Positions 1 to 11,488 of a stretch of 60,323 nucleotides of DNA are shown here, piece by piece. Position numbers and translations under genes: made by a program. Positions within the stretch are counted from its first letter, which is position 1; every line of letters begins with the position of its first letter. The notes under the pieces are model-generated. The model saw only the letters and a list, made by a program, of their open reading frames with translations. It did not search any database and was not told the origin of the DNA. Source of the stretch: a virus (lineage: Duplodnaviria; Heunggongvirae; Uroviricota; Caudoviricetes); IMG/VR virus record IMGVR_UViG_3300031555_003801, positions 128,001-188,323 of that record; one strand, written 5' to 3'.

Positions 1-159
1 TATAGTAGGATCAGCAATTAATCCAACAATTAAATAATCACAATATTTTTTACATTCATCAAGCATCAAACAATGTCCTGCGTGTAAAAAATCTCCTACT
101 ACAGAAGTAAAACCAATTATTTTATTTTCTTTTTTTAACTGATTTAATTTATCTTCCAT
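1..159 (-). CDS. Cytidylyltransferase-family nucleotidyltransferase (HxGH), runs off the left end
   Basis: Manual translation MEDKLNQLKKENKIIGFTSVVGDFLHAGHCLMLDECKKYCDYLIVGL matches the GxFDxxHxGH...CDYLIVG pattern of TagD/RfaE-like enzymes. Confidence 0.8.
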   Translation of the reverse strand, partial: MEDKLNQLKKENKIIGFTSVVGDFLHAGHCLMLDECKKYCDYLIVGLIADPTI

Positions 160-1223
160 TTTTGTTCCTTTTCTAAATTATTTAACATCTGTAAAACAAT
201 TTTTCTTTCTTCTTCTTTTTTATATCTATATAATCTAATAATATACATATATTCTAAAATAACTACAATATCATAAATATTATTTATTTTTAAATAATTA
301 TCTAAAATATCTTTATATTCCTAACTTAATTTATTTTTACTAATATTAAAATTATATTCATAATTATCTAATGACATTCTTAATTTAGCAAAATCCATTA
401 AATAAGAAGAAGCATTTATATTAAACTATGGATCTATAAAATATAATAAATTATTATTTTCTATTATATTGCTTAAAATAGTATCTCCATGAGAAAAAGA
501 AGCATTTTTCTATAATAAATCTTCTTTTTCTTTTAATAAATTTTTACAATAATTAATTTTATCTTCAATTAAATTATCTATTAAATTTTTATCTAAAATA
601 TCAAAATGATATTTTAAATTAAAATTATCATATTTTTTATTTTTAAAATTTGAAATTGTTAAAATTAATGTTAATAATTTATCATTAGTAAAATTTTCAT
701 TTAATAACTATCCTTCTATATAATTATAATATATATTATTATCTCTTGTTGCTGAAATAAATTTTGGATAATTACACATATTTTCTGCCTATTGAATCCA
801 ATTTAAAAATTCTTCTAACTTATCTTTATTTTCTAATTGTTTTTTTACAATAGAACCCATTTTATAAATTTGTTGACCGCTACCACCCTTTAAAGGATAA
901 AAACTTTCTTTTTTAAAGTTTTGTATATTCATAGCTTTATCATCAACATATAAATCTGCTAATGGTTTCCCAAAAATCAATTGATGATATTTTACTTTAT
1001 ATCTAGAAAGCCAATCTATTAATATATCTTGATTTTTTTCTTTTATTAAATCAAGATTTTCATTACAAGATAACATTCCTCTTGAAGTATATAAATAAAT
1101 TTCAATACCCTCATTATATAAAGTATTTATTTTTTCAATTACTTCTAAATCTGGAATAGCATTAGCATAATCACCATTTCTACTCCTAGAAATTGTATCA
1201 TCTATATCAAACACTATTCTCAT
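144..1223 (-). CDS. HAD phosphatase (capsule-biosynthesis type) fused to an APH/choline-kinase-like domain; TAG=Gln
   Basis: N-terminal FDIDDT...GKP...YVDDKA. Reading through TAG at 789-791 and later TAGs gives HGDTILSNII...YFIDP...DFAKL, ending at TAA 144-146. Confidence 0.8.
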
Positions 1224-2957
1224 TTAATTCATCAACATCCAATCTTTAGCATTAAAACGTTTCTTTTTCTTCTTATTATCTTCTTCTTGTTTAATATAAT
1301 AAAGTCCATATTCAAAAGCAGAAAATTTATCCTTTTTAATTCCTTTATTAGCCTGCTTTAAGATAATATTTACGCCTTCATTTTCTTCACGTAAATTCAT
1401 CATCTCTTCTTTTAATATGGAAGTTAGAACAAATGGTTTTAAATAATCTGTCCTTTGTTCAGGTTTCATATTTTGACCTTTTGTTGTTCCTAATAATTTT
1501 ACCTTAGCAACTCTTTCATCAATCAACATTTTTACCTTTCCAGAAGATAGTTGAGATTGCGCGTTCGCATGTGCTTCGGTATTAATAGGCGCATTAGCCT
1601 TAATTATATACATAGCATCTTGTTCGCAATTTGGTGTTCTATATTTTTTATATTCTGCGTCACCATCATTATACACACCAAAATCCGGAAAAGTATCCCC
1701 GGTATCTGGATCAATCTATGTTTTAACCATATAATCCACTAAACCAATACCAAGACCATTTCCGTCGATTACAAGTCTTTTTGCTTTATATTTGTAAAAT
1801 AGTCGTTTTAATTCAATAGCCTAATCTTCAAAGTGTTCATTATTAATAGTATAAATATTAACTAAACTCTTAATAGAAGAACCTTGCGGCTAAGGTGTTA
1901 CTTTAAATACACACACTACGGTGTCGCAGCCCTTACGGCCTACGTCCGCAGACAGTATATAAAAACTCGCTTTACTAGCTCTACCAGATGCTTCATATTC
2001 TGGTTGTTTTAATATTCTATTTCTATCAAACATTTCCGCATTAAAGAAGGCATCTTCAACGGAACCAGACCAAATACTTTCATATTCTCTATCAAATGAA
2101 GCTTCATTGAATGTTCCATCCATTTTTAAGTCTTGTACGAATGTCCTAGATTGAAGGCCAACTAATACTGGTATTCTCCAGGTCCCACCCATTACAAATG
2201 ACTTTTCTGGTTTAACAATTTGCCAAATCAGCAATTGAATAAGTTTATCATAAGGATATGTATTTTTCCATCCCGCAGTTGTAATATAGATTTGTGATTT
2301 ATTAAGAGTTTCATTTTCTTGCGTTGTACCATCGGCGCATCTACGGTCGATGTTCATCGTAGGAATAATAACTGCTGATAAAATATCACCATCTACACCA
2401 ACACATTCTTCTATCGCGCCTCCATGTCGACGCTTACCTCTAGAACTTTCTCGGGCCGCAATATTATCTACGAAAGAACCATTTTTAAATACATATTTAC
2501 AATAGTCTTTACCTTCAAGAGTAACACCACGACTCCAGTCAATTTCTTTTTTAAAAGCTGGAATGAGAGTACATATTTCCTAAACTTTTTCTTTTAAAAT
2601 ACCTGCAGCCTGTTCTTTACCTCCAGAAGTAACAAATAGTTTACTTCCAGGATATAATATACAACGAATCATAAGAATCATCATAACTAAAAATGATTTA
2701 GAATACGCACGCGGAAATACCGCATAACAATACTTATGTCTTATGGCCGCACGTAAAAATACTCTTTGATAAAAGTAAAAATGAAATTTCTGCGGGCCAC
2801 CATCAGGTCCGGCAAGAAAATCCACAAATAAATCTGGATACTCTCTCCAAAAGGCAATGTATTTTCTTGCTTCTGGAATTATAGCCCGCACTCTTTCTTC
2901 TGATAATCCAATTTTTTGTCTTTGTGAAGATAGATTTAGTAAGTCATCTAATGCCAT
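1224..2957 (-). CDS. terL: Terminase large subunit, 577 aa, four in-frame TAG=Gln
   Basis: Three track fragments are in one frame joined only by TAGs. Motifs FYQRVFLR, PRAYSKS (Walker A-like), RGKRRHGGAIEE, ITTAG, SADVGR and VIDGNGLGIG. Confidence 0.93.
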
Positions 2958-4157
2958 TTAAATCTCTTGGAGCATCTTTAACAATTGCTCATCTTCCTCA
3001 ATTTGTTCTTCTATAAAATCACCATACTCTGCATAATCTTCATCTGTAAGAGAATTTTCTACTGTTAAAGAATCTAATGTAATTTCTTCTTCATCAATAT
3101 CTTCTTCTGAAGGTTTAGCTTCTTCTCTTGCCATTTGCTTAACTGCATTTTCAATTAAGTTTCCTAAATTCATTTCTTCTGTAACAAGAGAACGAGTATA
3201 GTTTTTCATATCTAATAAAGTTTCATCAACTTTATCCATTGGACCATCAGTATAATATCTTGGAATAAATCCTTCTTTTTCACAAAGAGTTACTAATTCA
3301 CTAATAGAATCTACAAATTCACCTTGCTCTGCTTTATTCTGTTGCGCAGTAAATTTTCCGGATTTCATTAACTAATCATAGACTTTACTCATCTTCTGGA
3401 AACCTTCAACATCACCAATGTCGATCAGTTGATTTGCCTTTAAGGATGTCTTACATAATAATTTTAAGTTATCTATATGTCCGGCAGATTGAATGTCATA
3501 AGATTCCATCATTTCCATATATAATTGTTCTAATCGAACCCATTCTTCGGGTTTATATGATTTTCCCCACTTGAGCCGCAAATACATTTTATCTTCATCG
3601 GTTAAATCAAGTTCATCAGTTTCATCTTCATAACCTCTATCAAAATAATCTTCTGTAGCTAATGGAGCTGGTGCGTGAACAGGTTCAACGAGTTCTCCTT
3701 CGGGCACTGTAAAAGTTGCCTTGTCTATTGCTTCTGCAATTTGAACTGCATCATAACCTTGACGCTTCATTGTTTCTTCAATTTTTTTATTTGCAATTTC
3801 TTGTAAATGTTCAGTATGTTCCCAACGATAATCTCGCCATTGTTTTAATTTCATCTTAGAAAGATATCTACCAAGAATTGTCATTCCTGTTAATTTAGAT
3901 TTATCTTTTCCATATGAAGCAAGTAATTTATTCCATTCATCGGGAATATAAGGAACATCACATTCCTATAAAATCCATAAATAAGTATCTGGATTAAAAT
4001 TGTCCACATGCGCACTAATACATTTTTTACATTGGCGCAGTTTTCCTTCTTCTGGATACTTTTCTAAATTATTAGACGAATAAAATTCATCGCCACGCAT
4101 GGTTTTATTACATCGTTCACAATAATAAACTTTATTCGCAGTATCAATTGCTGCCAT
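2958..4157 (-). CDS. Zn-finger protein immediately upstream of terL (candidate small terminase/packaging accessory); two TAG=Gln
   Basis: Fragments 3966-4157, 3372-3884 and 2958-3368 share a frame and are separated by TAG only. N-terminal CERC...CKKC and acidic C-terminus. Confidence 0.75.
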
Positions 4158-4171
4158 TAATTATCACTCCT

Positions 4172-5218
4172 TTATTTTTTCGCATTTCGACATTTTTTAC
4201 AAATACTATAAAATCCATCTTTTGATGTTTTATTCTTCGAAAAATACTTATTATGAGCTAATTTAATTTGACCGCAACGACTACACTTCTTATATCTACC
4301 TTTTTCAATATTTAAATAATAATTATCTAACCATTGGTCTTCCGCAGTTGAAGCTATTAATTTTGGAATTTTATTTCGCCATAAACTTGAAATATATTCT
4401 AAACTATGTGTTATTCCAAATTCCTATTCCAAAAGATCTTGAATTTCAATGTTTTGTAATCCATCAATTTTATACTAAACAATTCTTTCATACATAGGAA
4501 ATTCTTTTAAAGCCTGGTCGCAAAGTTCATCAAAATCATACATTACATGCCAAGTATCACTTGCTAACTAATCCCAACTATCTTGTTTTAAACGAGAATA
4601 ATTACATAATATCATTGAAACAACTTTGGGATTTAACATTGAAACTCCTTTTGGAATCGGCAATCCCTTATCATCAAATTCATGTGTAGTATCTTCCAAT
4701 TGATGATAATGTTTGGACCGCACTAAATGCATAATACCATTTGGTTTTCGATAAGCATTTTTAATTATATATTGATCTTTACGCATTTCAATTAATGCGC
4801 GTTTTATAATAAAGGCATCTTTTCCTTCTGTCTATTTTAATTTTGTTTCCCATAGATTTATGGTTTCTCTTAACTATTTTAAAAACGGTATTTCTTCTAC
4901 ATCTTTTTTTGTTATTGATATTTTAGGTTGAAAAATTATCTATTTATTATCTGTCATTAAATTATATATGCCATCTTCGCCATTTTCTAACTGGGAAACA
5001 AGACCTTCAAAAGAAGTTTCACGCTTATTAATTGTGACGCCCCTGTTATCTGTGAGAATTTTCTTCTCTTTCTTTTCTTGTTTCTCCATACAAAGAACGA
5101 GATAATCAGTTAAAATTTCTAAATACTTTTCATTTGGTTCTGGGTTTTCTTTTAAAATCTATTTAACTAGCTCGTTTCTTTCTTCTGGAGATTCTAATGA
5201 ATAATCTAATTTAATCAA
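4172..5218 (-). CDS. Putative regulator with sigma-region-4-like HTH and C-terminal Zn ribbon; TAG=Gln
   Basis: TTG start after GGAGG. Open to TAA 4172 if TAG is sense. Contains YKIDGLQNIEIQDLLEQEFGITHSLEYISSLW and KCSRCGQIK...CKKC. Confidence 0.65.
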
Positions 5219-5247
5219 TCATTTATACCTCCATTTTTCCTACTTAA

Positions 5248-5309
5248 ATATTACCAAAATTTTTGTGAAAAGTCAAAGAATTGACAAAAAAATTTTTTTA
5301 TGTTATAAT
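5248..5309. promoter_or_regulatory. Back-to-back sigma-A promoters (leftward terL operon, rightward prfB operon)
   Basis: Plus strand: TTGACA 5281-5286, 17 bp, TG-TATAAT 5304-5309. Minus strand: TTGACT 5276-5271, 17 bp, TAATAT 5253-5248. Confidence 0.75.
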
Positions 5310-5339
5310 AAATTATAATAAAAAGTTATGGGAGGAATT

Positions 5340-6392
5340 ATGGAATTAAAAAATAAGTGGGAAGAATTGTATGATTTCTCCCAGGATGAAGAAAGATATG
5401 ATGAACTTTGCGCAGAACAGTGTTATGGGAACACCAATCGGCAAATTGAAATCGCAAAAGAATTAAGTAGATTAAATAATAAATTAGCATTTAAATTAAC
5501 AATCGAAAAAGCATTTGAAGCATTAGAAGTTCTTGAAGAATTAAAAGATGAAGATAAAGATTTTGAAGAAGAATATAATTTATTATTTAAAGATTTAGAA
5601 AATAAAATAAATAAATTTGAAACTGAATTATTATTAAATGGTAAATATGATAATAATAATGCTATTTTAACTCTTCATGCGGGTGAAGGTGGAGTTGAGG
5701 CGCAAGATTGGACTGAAATGTTATACAGAATGTATTGCCGATGGGCCGATTCGAGAGGATTTAGGGTTAGCCTCGTGGATCTCTTGAACGGCGAAACCGC
5801 AGGATTAAAGTCGGTCAGCATGCTCATTGAAGGTGAAAACGCATACGGATTATTAAAAAGTGAACATGGAGTTCATAGATTAGTAAGAGTATCACCTTTT
5901 GATGCGAAAGGCAGGCGGCATACTTCTTTCTCAGCAGCGGAAGTTATTCCAGAATTAAATGATGACACGCAGATTGAATTACGTCCAGAAGACCTTGAAT
6001 ATCAGACTTTTAGATCTGGAGGAGCAGGTGGTCAGTATCAAAACACTACCGAGTCCGGCATCAGAGTCATTCATAAGCCTACTGGATTAATTGCGGAAAG
6101 TCGTCAAGAGCGTTCGCAAATCCAAAACCGCAATACTTGTTTAAAGGTATTAAGAGGTAAATTAGCAGAATTAGAATTAGAAAAACAAAGAGAGGAGATT
6201 AATAAAATCAGAGGTATTCAAATGTCCAATGGTTGGGGAAGCCAAATTCGCAGCTATGTATTCATGCCTTATCAGTTGGTTAAGGACGAAAGAACTGGAT
6301 ATGAAACCGCAAAATTAAGTAAGATTATGGATGGAGACCTTGATGATTTTATTAATGCGTATTTAAAATATGAGAAAAATATTAAAATATGA
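5340..6392 (+). CDS. prfB: Peptide chain release factor 2
   Basis: RVSPF peptide anticodon (RF2-type SPF), GGAGGQ catalytic motif, WGSQIRSYV. No internal TAG and no frameshift needed. Confidence 0.95.
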   Translation: MELKNKWEELYDFSQDEERYDELCAEQCYGNTNRQIEIAKELSRLNNKLAFKLTIEKAFEALEVLEELKDEDKDFEEEYNLLFKDLENKINKFETELLLNGKYDNNNAILTLHAGEGGVEAQDWTEMLYRMYCRWADSRGFRVSLVDLLNGETAGLKSVSMLIEGENAYGLLKSEHGVHRLVRVSPFDAKGRRHTSFSAAEVIPELNDDTQIELRPEDLEYQTFRSGGAGGQYQNTTESGIRVIHKPTGLIAESRQERSQIQNRNTCLKVLRGKLAELELEKQREEINKIRGIQMSNGWGSQIRSYVFMPYQLVKDERTGYETAKLSKIMDGDLDDFINAYLKYEKNIKI

Positions 6393-6654
6393 AGTATATC
6401 CCAATGGTGTTCCAGTAAGATATAAAGGACATTTTAAACTTTTTTTAGGAGCAAAAATGTTATCCGATGGCCGCATGTATGTTTGGGTAGAAACAGATGA
6501 TAAAAGCACAGATGAATGGGAAGTAGAATTTATTTCTTTTGGAACTGGTTGGGATATTGATGAAATAGTTTGTGGCGAAATTATGGGTTATATTGGAACC
6601 ATAGAAGATATGGATGGATATGTTTGGCATATCTACGTTAGAGAGGTATGTTAA
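6370..6654 (+). CDS. Hypothetical protein
   Basis: ORF overlapping the prfB stop and coupled to the folD start (TAATG). Confidence 0.65.
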   Translation: MRKILKYEVYPNGVPVRYKGHFKLFLGAKMLSDGRMYVWVETDDKSTDEWEVEFISFGTGWDIDEIVCGEIMGYIGTIEDMDGYVWHIYVREVC

Positions 6655-7409
6655 TGGATATAAAAGAATTTTGTCAATAGTGGAAAAATGAACTGCGGGA
6701 CAAAGCTAATGCGCTCGCAAAACCAAAGCATTTAGGAATTATAGGGCATAAAGATTTACCTTATGTAAAGGGAATTGTAAAAGACTGTACGCAAATCGGT
6801 ATTCATACAAAAGTTTATGATTATGAAGAAGATATTAATTTTGCGGACTATATGAAAATAGTATATTGTGCAGAACGATATAATGATTATATTATCCTGC
6901 AAACCCCACTCCCCCCTACAATTGATGTAGAAGAATTAAAAAAATGTATTGATCCGCAAAAAGATATTGATAATATAAGTGGTAAATCCAATCATTTTCA
7001 TAATACACCGCTTGGAATTATTAAATACTTAGATGCATGTAATTTCGATTATTGCGGCGCAGACGCAGTAATCATTGGTAGAAGTGATGTGGTTGGCAAA
7101 CCAATGGCGAAAATGCTTCTTGATAAGAATTGTACAGTAACAATTTGTCATAGTAAAACAGAATATTTAGCACATTATACTGAATGGGCAGATTTAGTAG
7201 TTGTTGCTGTTGGAAAACCAGAATGGTTTGATCCAGAATTAGCAAAAAGCGCAAAGATAATTATTGATGTAGGTATTAATTTTAAAGATGGCAAAATTGT
7301 TGGTGATGTTCAAAGTCAATACGGGAGCGAAGCGAACCGCATTACTCCTGTTCCTGGTGGAGTGGGATTACTTACAAGATGTGCATTATTGGAGCAAATT
7401 ATAAAATGA
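6654..7409 (+). CDS. folD: Methylenetetrahydrofolate dehydrogenase/cyclohydrolase; TAG=Gln at codon 9
   Basis: LQTPLP, KDID, IGRSDVVGKP, TVTICHSKT, IDVGIN, TPVPGGVG. The N-terminus is restored by reading TAG 6678-6680. Confidence 0.9.
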
Positions 7410-8590
7410 TAACGCAAGAAAAAATTGATAAATATAAATATATGAATAAAGCTTCTAATGGTATTATAATGATTAAACCTGAAGAAGATTTAAAAAAACA
7501 TGAAGATAATAAACAATATAGATCTTTAGAGGATGTATTATATAATATTGATGATATTGCTGATAATTGTGAAATAATTGGTATTGGGGTAGATCCGTAC
7601 TCTGGAGAAGTATTTAATACAGATGCTTTAGCTTATCCGCATTTAGTAGAAGTATTAAAATATATTGAAAAAAAATATATTAATATCCCAGTTGTAATTA
7701 GTGCTACAGTAGATTCTATTTTAAATTATGAACAAACTTATTATAATTTATCTTTAAATATTGATTTATATAATATTGATAATTTAAATGAATTAAAAAA
7801 TAAAATTTTACCAAATATTAATTGTTTTTATATACCTTATCCGCAAAATTCGCAAATTAATTTTGATGAATTAGATTTATTATATCCAAATATTTATTAT
7901 TTTTATTGTTGTGAAAAAAGAAATAAATATGAATATTTAGGATATATTGATGAAATGAATAAACGTAATAATATTATTTTTTCACAATTAGAAAATGTAT
8001 ATAAAGATGTATATTGTAAAATTATTAAAATAAATAATAAATAGGAAGTTTATTTTCATAATAATGATTTAATTATAGCAATAAATGATTTTATTAAAGT
8101 AATGAATAATAATATGTTATTGCAATATTTATATAATTTTGAAGGATGTTGTAATTTTAGAGTATTAAGAAATAATAAAGAAATGTTTGTTGAGTGTTTT
8201 AATAAAAAAGATTTTTTAAATAATATTCATTTAAGTAAACATCTTGTAGAGAATTATGATTTATTAAGAGAATTATCAAACTTATATAAGGATAATAGTT
8301 TAATTTTATATCCAGATTATAATTTAGATATATTAACAACTCAATTATTAAATTTAAATATATCAATTAAAACAGAAGCTATTATTACAAAAGATATATT
8401 TGAAGAAAAAAATATTACTTTAAAAGATTGTGAACAAGCTTTAGAAAAATATAGAAAACAATATCCAAATAAATTAATTAATATTTTATTTATTCCTACT
8501 AGAATTATTCAAAATATTTTAAATAATGAAAAAAATATTGACTTAGAAAAATTTCAACAAAAAACAATGACATTTATCGTGGGGTTTTAA
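7406..8590 (+). CDS. Hypothetical protein, possibly a degenerate radical SAM-like partner; one TAG=Gln
   Basis: 7379-8044 and 8102-8590 are in frame across TAG 8042-8044. ATGA overlap with folD. No CxxxCxxC; weak resemblance to the next gene. Confidence 0.6.
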
Positions 8591-8591
8591 T

Positions 8592-9965
8592 ATGAATAAT
8601 GAACAAATAAAAAAATATATTTCAATGAGAATGGCATTATGGGGTAATTTATTAACTTCTGATATTTGTGGTAATAAATGTTTATTTTGCAGTAATAATC
8701 ATAATCCTGAAGAAGTAAATGTTATTAAAGTTGGAAACCGTAAAAAAGAAGATTTATTTGATGAAATTAAATTTTTTCCAAAAAATATTAAACGTATTCA
8801 TATGGGTGAAACTACTTTTAATACTACTGAAGGAGATATTTTAGAATATCCATATTTTAAAGAATTAATTTTAGAAATAAAAAAACAAAGGCCTTCAGCA
8901 AAAATTATTTTAACAACTGGAGGAAATTCATTAACAGATGATGTTATATATTTCTTAAAAGAAAATAATATTTCATTAATTATTTCAATTCACTCTATTA
9001 ACCCTGAAATACGAGCAAAAATTACAGGAAATACATTAGAAAGAGCAAATATTGCTATTAATGGTTTAAAAAAATGTTTACAAGAAAAAATTAAAATTGA
9101 AGCAATTAGATTAGTACCAATGGCTTTTATGCCAAATGAAGATATTTACAATACTTTAAAATTTTTAATTGAAAATAATATTGAATGTGTTGATATATGG
9201 GTTGCATCTTTTTCAAAATTTGCAAAAAAAGAAGAAATTACAAATTTAAAAGATGAATGTGATAGAATTGCAAAAATTATTTTAACTTTAAAAGATATTT
9301 TTAAAATATCAAAATCTAATACTATAATTAGATTATATCCATTTGGAGATTTTAATAAAATTCAAAATGTTTTTTCAAATTCATATGCGGAAGATATAGG
9401 TTTACAAATTGGTGATGAAATTATAGAAATTAATAATACATTAATTATTAATGGAGATCACGCAATGAATTTATTATATAATACTATTTTTATTGAAAAA
9501 ATGATTGTTAAAAGAGATAATACTTTTATTTTATTAAAAAATTTAAATGGACCAATGATTGCAGAAAATATTTTTATTAATTGTATTGTTGAACATGGTA
9601 TTATTCAAGATATATATAATAATATTAAACAAGATATGACTCATTCTTTAGTAATTACTTCTGAAGCAAGTTATCCAATTATTAAACAATCTTTAGAACG
9701 TATGGGATTGTTTGAAAATAATAATATAAATTTAGTTTGTGCAAAAAATGAAAGTTTTGGAGGGAATATTTGTGTAAATGGTTTAATCACTATTGAAGAT
9801 TATTTAAAAACTTTAAATAAATATAGAGAAAAACATCCAAATACTCATATAACTAAAATTATTATTGCTTGTACTGGATTTAGAATGGGTAGAGAACGAG
9901 ATGTAACTGGTAGATCATTACAGGATTTGCGGACCGAGGGTTGCGTAGATGTTATATTAGTATAA
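8592..9965 (+). CDS. Radical SAM protein with PDZ-like and DUF512-like regions
   Basis: CGNKCLFC; GLQIGDEIIEINN (PDZ-like); NESFGGNICVNGLITIED (DUF512-like). Confidence 0.8.
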   Translation: MNNEQIKKYISMRMALWGNLLTSDICGNKCLFCSNNHNPEEVNVIKVGNRKKEDLFDEIKFFPKNIKRIHMGETTFNTTEGDILEYPYFKELILEIKKQRPSAKIILTTGGNSLTDDVIYFLKENNISLIISIHSINPEIRAKITGNTLERANIAINGLKKCLQEKIKIEAIRLVPMAFMPNEDIYNTLKFLIENNIECVDIWVASFSKFAKKEEITNLKDECDRIAKIILTLKDIFKISKSNTIIRLYPFGDFNKIQNVFSNSYAEDIGLQIGDEIIEINNTLIINGDHAMNLLYNTIFIEKMIVKRDNTFILLKNLNGPMIAENIFINCIVEHGIIQDIYNNIKQDMTHSLVITSEASYPIIKQSLERMGLFENNNINLVCAKNESFGGNICVNGLITIEDYLKTLNKYREKHPNTHITKIIIACTGFRMGRERDVTGRSLQDLRTEGCVDVILV

Positions 9966-9993
9966 AATAGAGTTCTATTGAACTCTATTTTTT
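9965..9993 (+). terminator. Intrinsic terminator
   Basis: AAAATAGAGTTC-TATT-GAACTCTATTTTTTT hairpin plus T tract. Confidence 0.8.
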
Positions 9994-10067
9994 TCGTTAT
10001 TTGAAATTGAAAATTGACTTGGTGGGAATTTCGTTATTTGAAATTGAAAATTGACTTGGTGGGAATT
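9994..10067. repeat. Perfect tandem duplication, 2 x 37 bp
   Basis: TCGTTATTTGAAATTGAAAATTGACTTGGTGGGAATT at 9994-10030 and 10031-10067. Confidence 0.9.
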
Positions 10068-10360
10068 GTTACGTGGGAAAACGATTTTAGAACATGCGTT
10101 CTTTAATGTCCCATAACACGGGCCCGGGCGTTTCCTAACAAGTCTATTGCAGGACTTCCTACAGGCTGTCAAATGATCAGCCTTTACACCCCTATCAGTT
10201 AGTCAACACTAATTACGCAATAAAAAAAATTTAAAAAAGTTGAAAAAAGTGCTTGAAATGTGTTTTCACCTGTGCTATAATTTAAAATGTAAAAAGGGAA
10301 CGGAGCCGTAAACAAAAGGCTCAAGGTTAAACGTTCCAAATACAGGAAGGTAGGTATAAA

Positions 10361-10654
10361 ATGAAGGCTATTATTATTAAGAGTTTTAAAAGTGATGATA
10401 CTTGTGTAGAAATTAAGCACCATGATTATAAAGTAGCATTGACAGAATTATGTCAGCTTATGGATTATGTGGGAAGTAATCACTATGGATTAAAAATTTA
10501 CTGCATAGACTCAAATGCTTGCAAATTCTATATTGACGGCACTGATATTGCAGACGCTACTAGCAAAATGCTGTTAGAAGAATACGGCGCGGAATGTATC
10601 CATAGTCATACCGAAGAAAATGGTCGCGTATGCATTGCAGAATTTGAATGGTAA
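10361..10654 (+). CDS. Hypothetical early protein
   Basis: ORF with RBS downstream of a TTGAAA..TATAAT promoter. Confidence 0.65.
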   Translation: MKAIIIKSFKSDDTCVEIKHHDYKVALTELCQLMDYVGSNHYGLKIYCIDSNACKFYIDGTDIADATSKMLLEEYGAECIHSHTEENGRVCIAEFEW

Positions 10655-10719
10655 ATAAAACTATAAGGCAAGGGGCTATAAAGTCCCTTGCCACTCCAAG
10701 AGAATAAGGAAAGAAATAG

Positions 10720-11046
10720 GTGAATATAATGATGAACTTTAAATACACAATCAAGAACGATATAGACGGCTTAAATATTGAGTTTGCGCTCCAATGGGCA
10801 GACTATGAAGAAGAAGAAAATATTATTGAAGAATTATGCACTCGCATAGCAGAGGCAGCAGATGCTTGTTACTGCAATGCATATGCAAGAGCAGATTATG
10901 ACGCTGTTGATATGTGCATACCACCAGACCAGGCGACTTTTGATGAAGTAATGTCTCTCATAGAGTTTGAGATTAAGGAATACGGCTTACAGTATAACAA
11001 GACACGCAAATATGCAGATACTTACATCTACGAGGTGGTAGCATAA
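10720..11046 (+). CDS. Hypothetical acidic early protein
   Basis: ORF with purine-rich RBS. Confidence 0.65.
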   Translation: MNIMMNFKYTIKNDIDGLNIEFALQWADYEEEENIIEELCTRIAEAADACYCNAYARADYDAVDMCIPPDQATFDEVMSLIEFEIKEYGLQYNKTRKYADTYIYEVVA

Positions 11047-11078
11047 GCTACCACCATAAGGAAAGAGAGGATAATATA

Positions 11079-11234
11079 ATGAAGATATTAAGCAGATTAT
11101 TCACTATTATAATGGTATTATTTTTGGTGTGGTTCGTGGCAAGCTATATGGACATAGTAATGCACAACCTTGATGACGAACCTATGTATAAAGCGTGGAA
11201 CTTATTTGAACTGTTAATCAATATGCGAGGATAA
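11079..11234 (+). CDS. Small membrane protein (paralog of 17691-17855)
   Basis: Hydrophobic N-terminus; shared P.Y.AWNLFE.L motif; GAGAGG RBS. Confidence 0.6.
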   Translation: MKILSRLFTIIMVLFLVWFVASYMDIVMHNLDDEPMYKAWNLFELLINMRG

Positions 11235-11239
11235 GAAAA

Positions 11240-11488
11240 ATGAACGAACTTGAAAAGATGTTGGAACATATAGCCAAAAGAGAGATAAGTGCGGTTGCCG
11301 AATATGCCGCATCCCATAACCTAAACATATGCGTGCGTGATGATGAGAGTGACTGGTTCTGGGAACATAGGCTTTGGCGAGCTTATCCCGAAACCTATTG
11401 GATAAAAGAAAAGATTGACGCTTTTAATGGCAGAGAAATAATTGACATATGGACTGAAAATAAAAGCATCTGCATTGAGGTGAAATAA
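11240..11488 (+). CDS. Hypothetical early protein
   Basis: ORF with GAGG RBS. Confidence 0.65.
   Translation: MNELEKMLEHIAKREISAVAEYAASHNLNICVRDDESDWFWEHRLWRAYPETYWIKEKIDAFNGREIIDIWTENKSICIEVK

Noticed and set aside
1224-5218. Fragmented terL and neighbours as pseudogenes of a decayed prophage
   Set aside because: All breaks are in-frame TAG, with no frameshifts and no TAA/TGA; motifs are intact.
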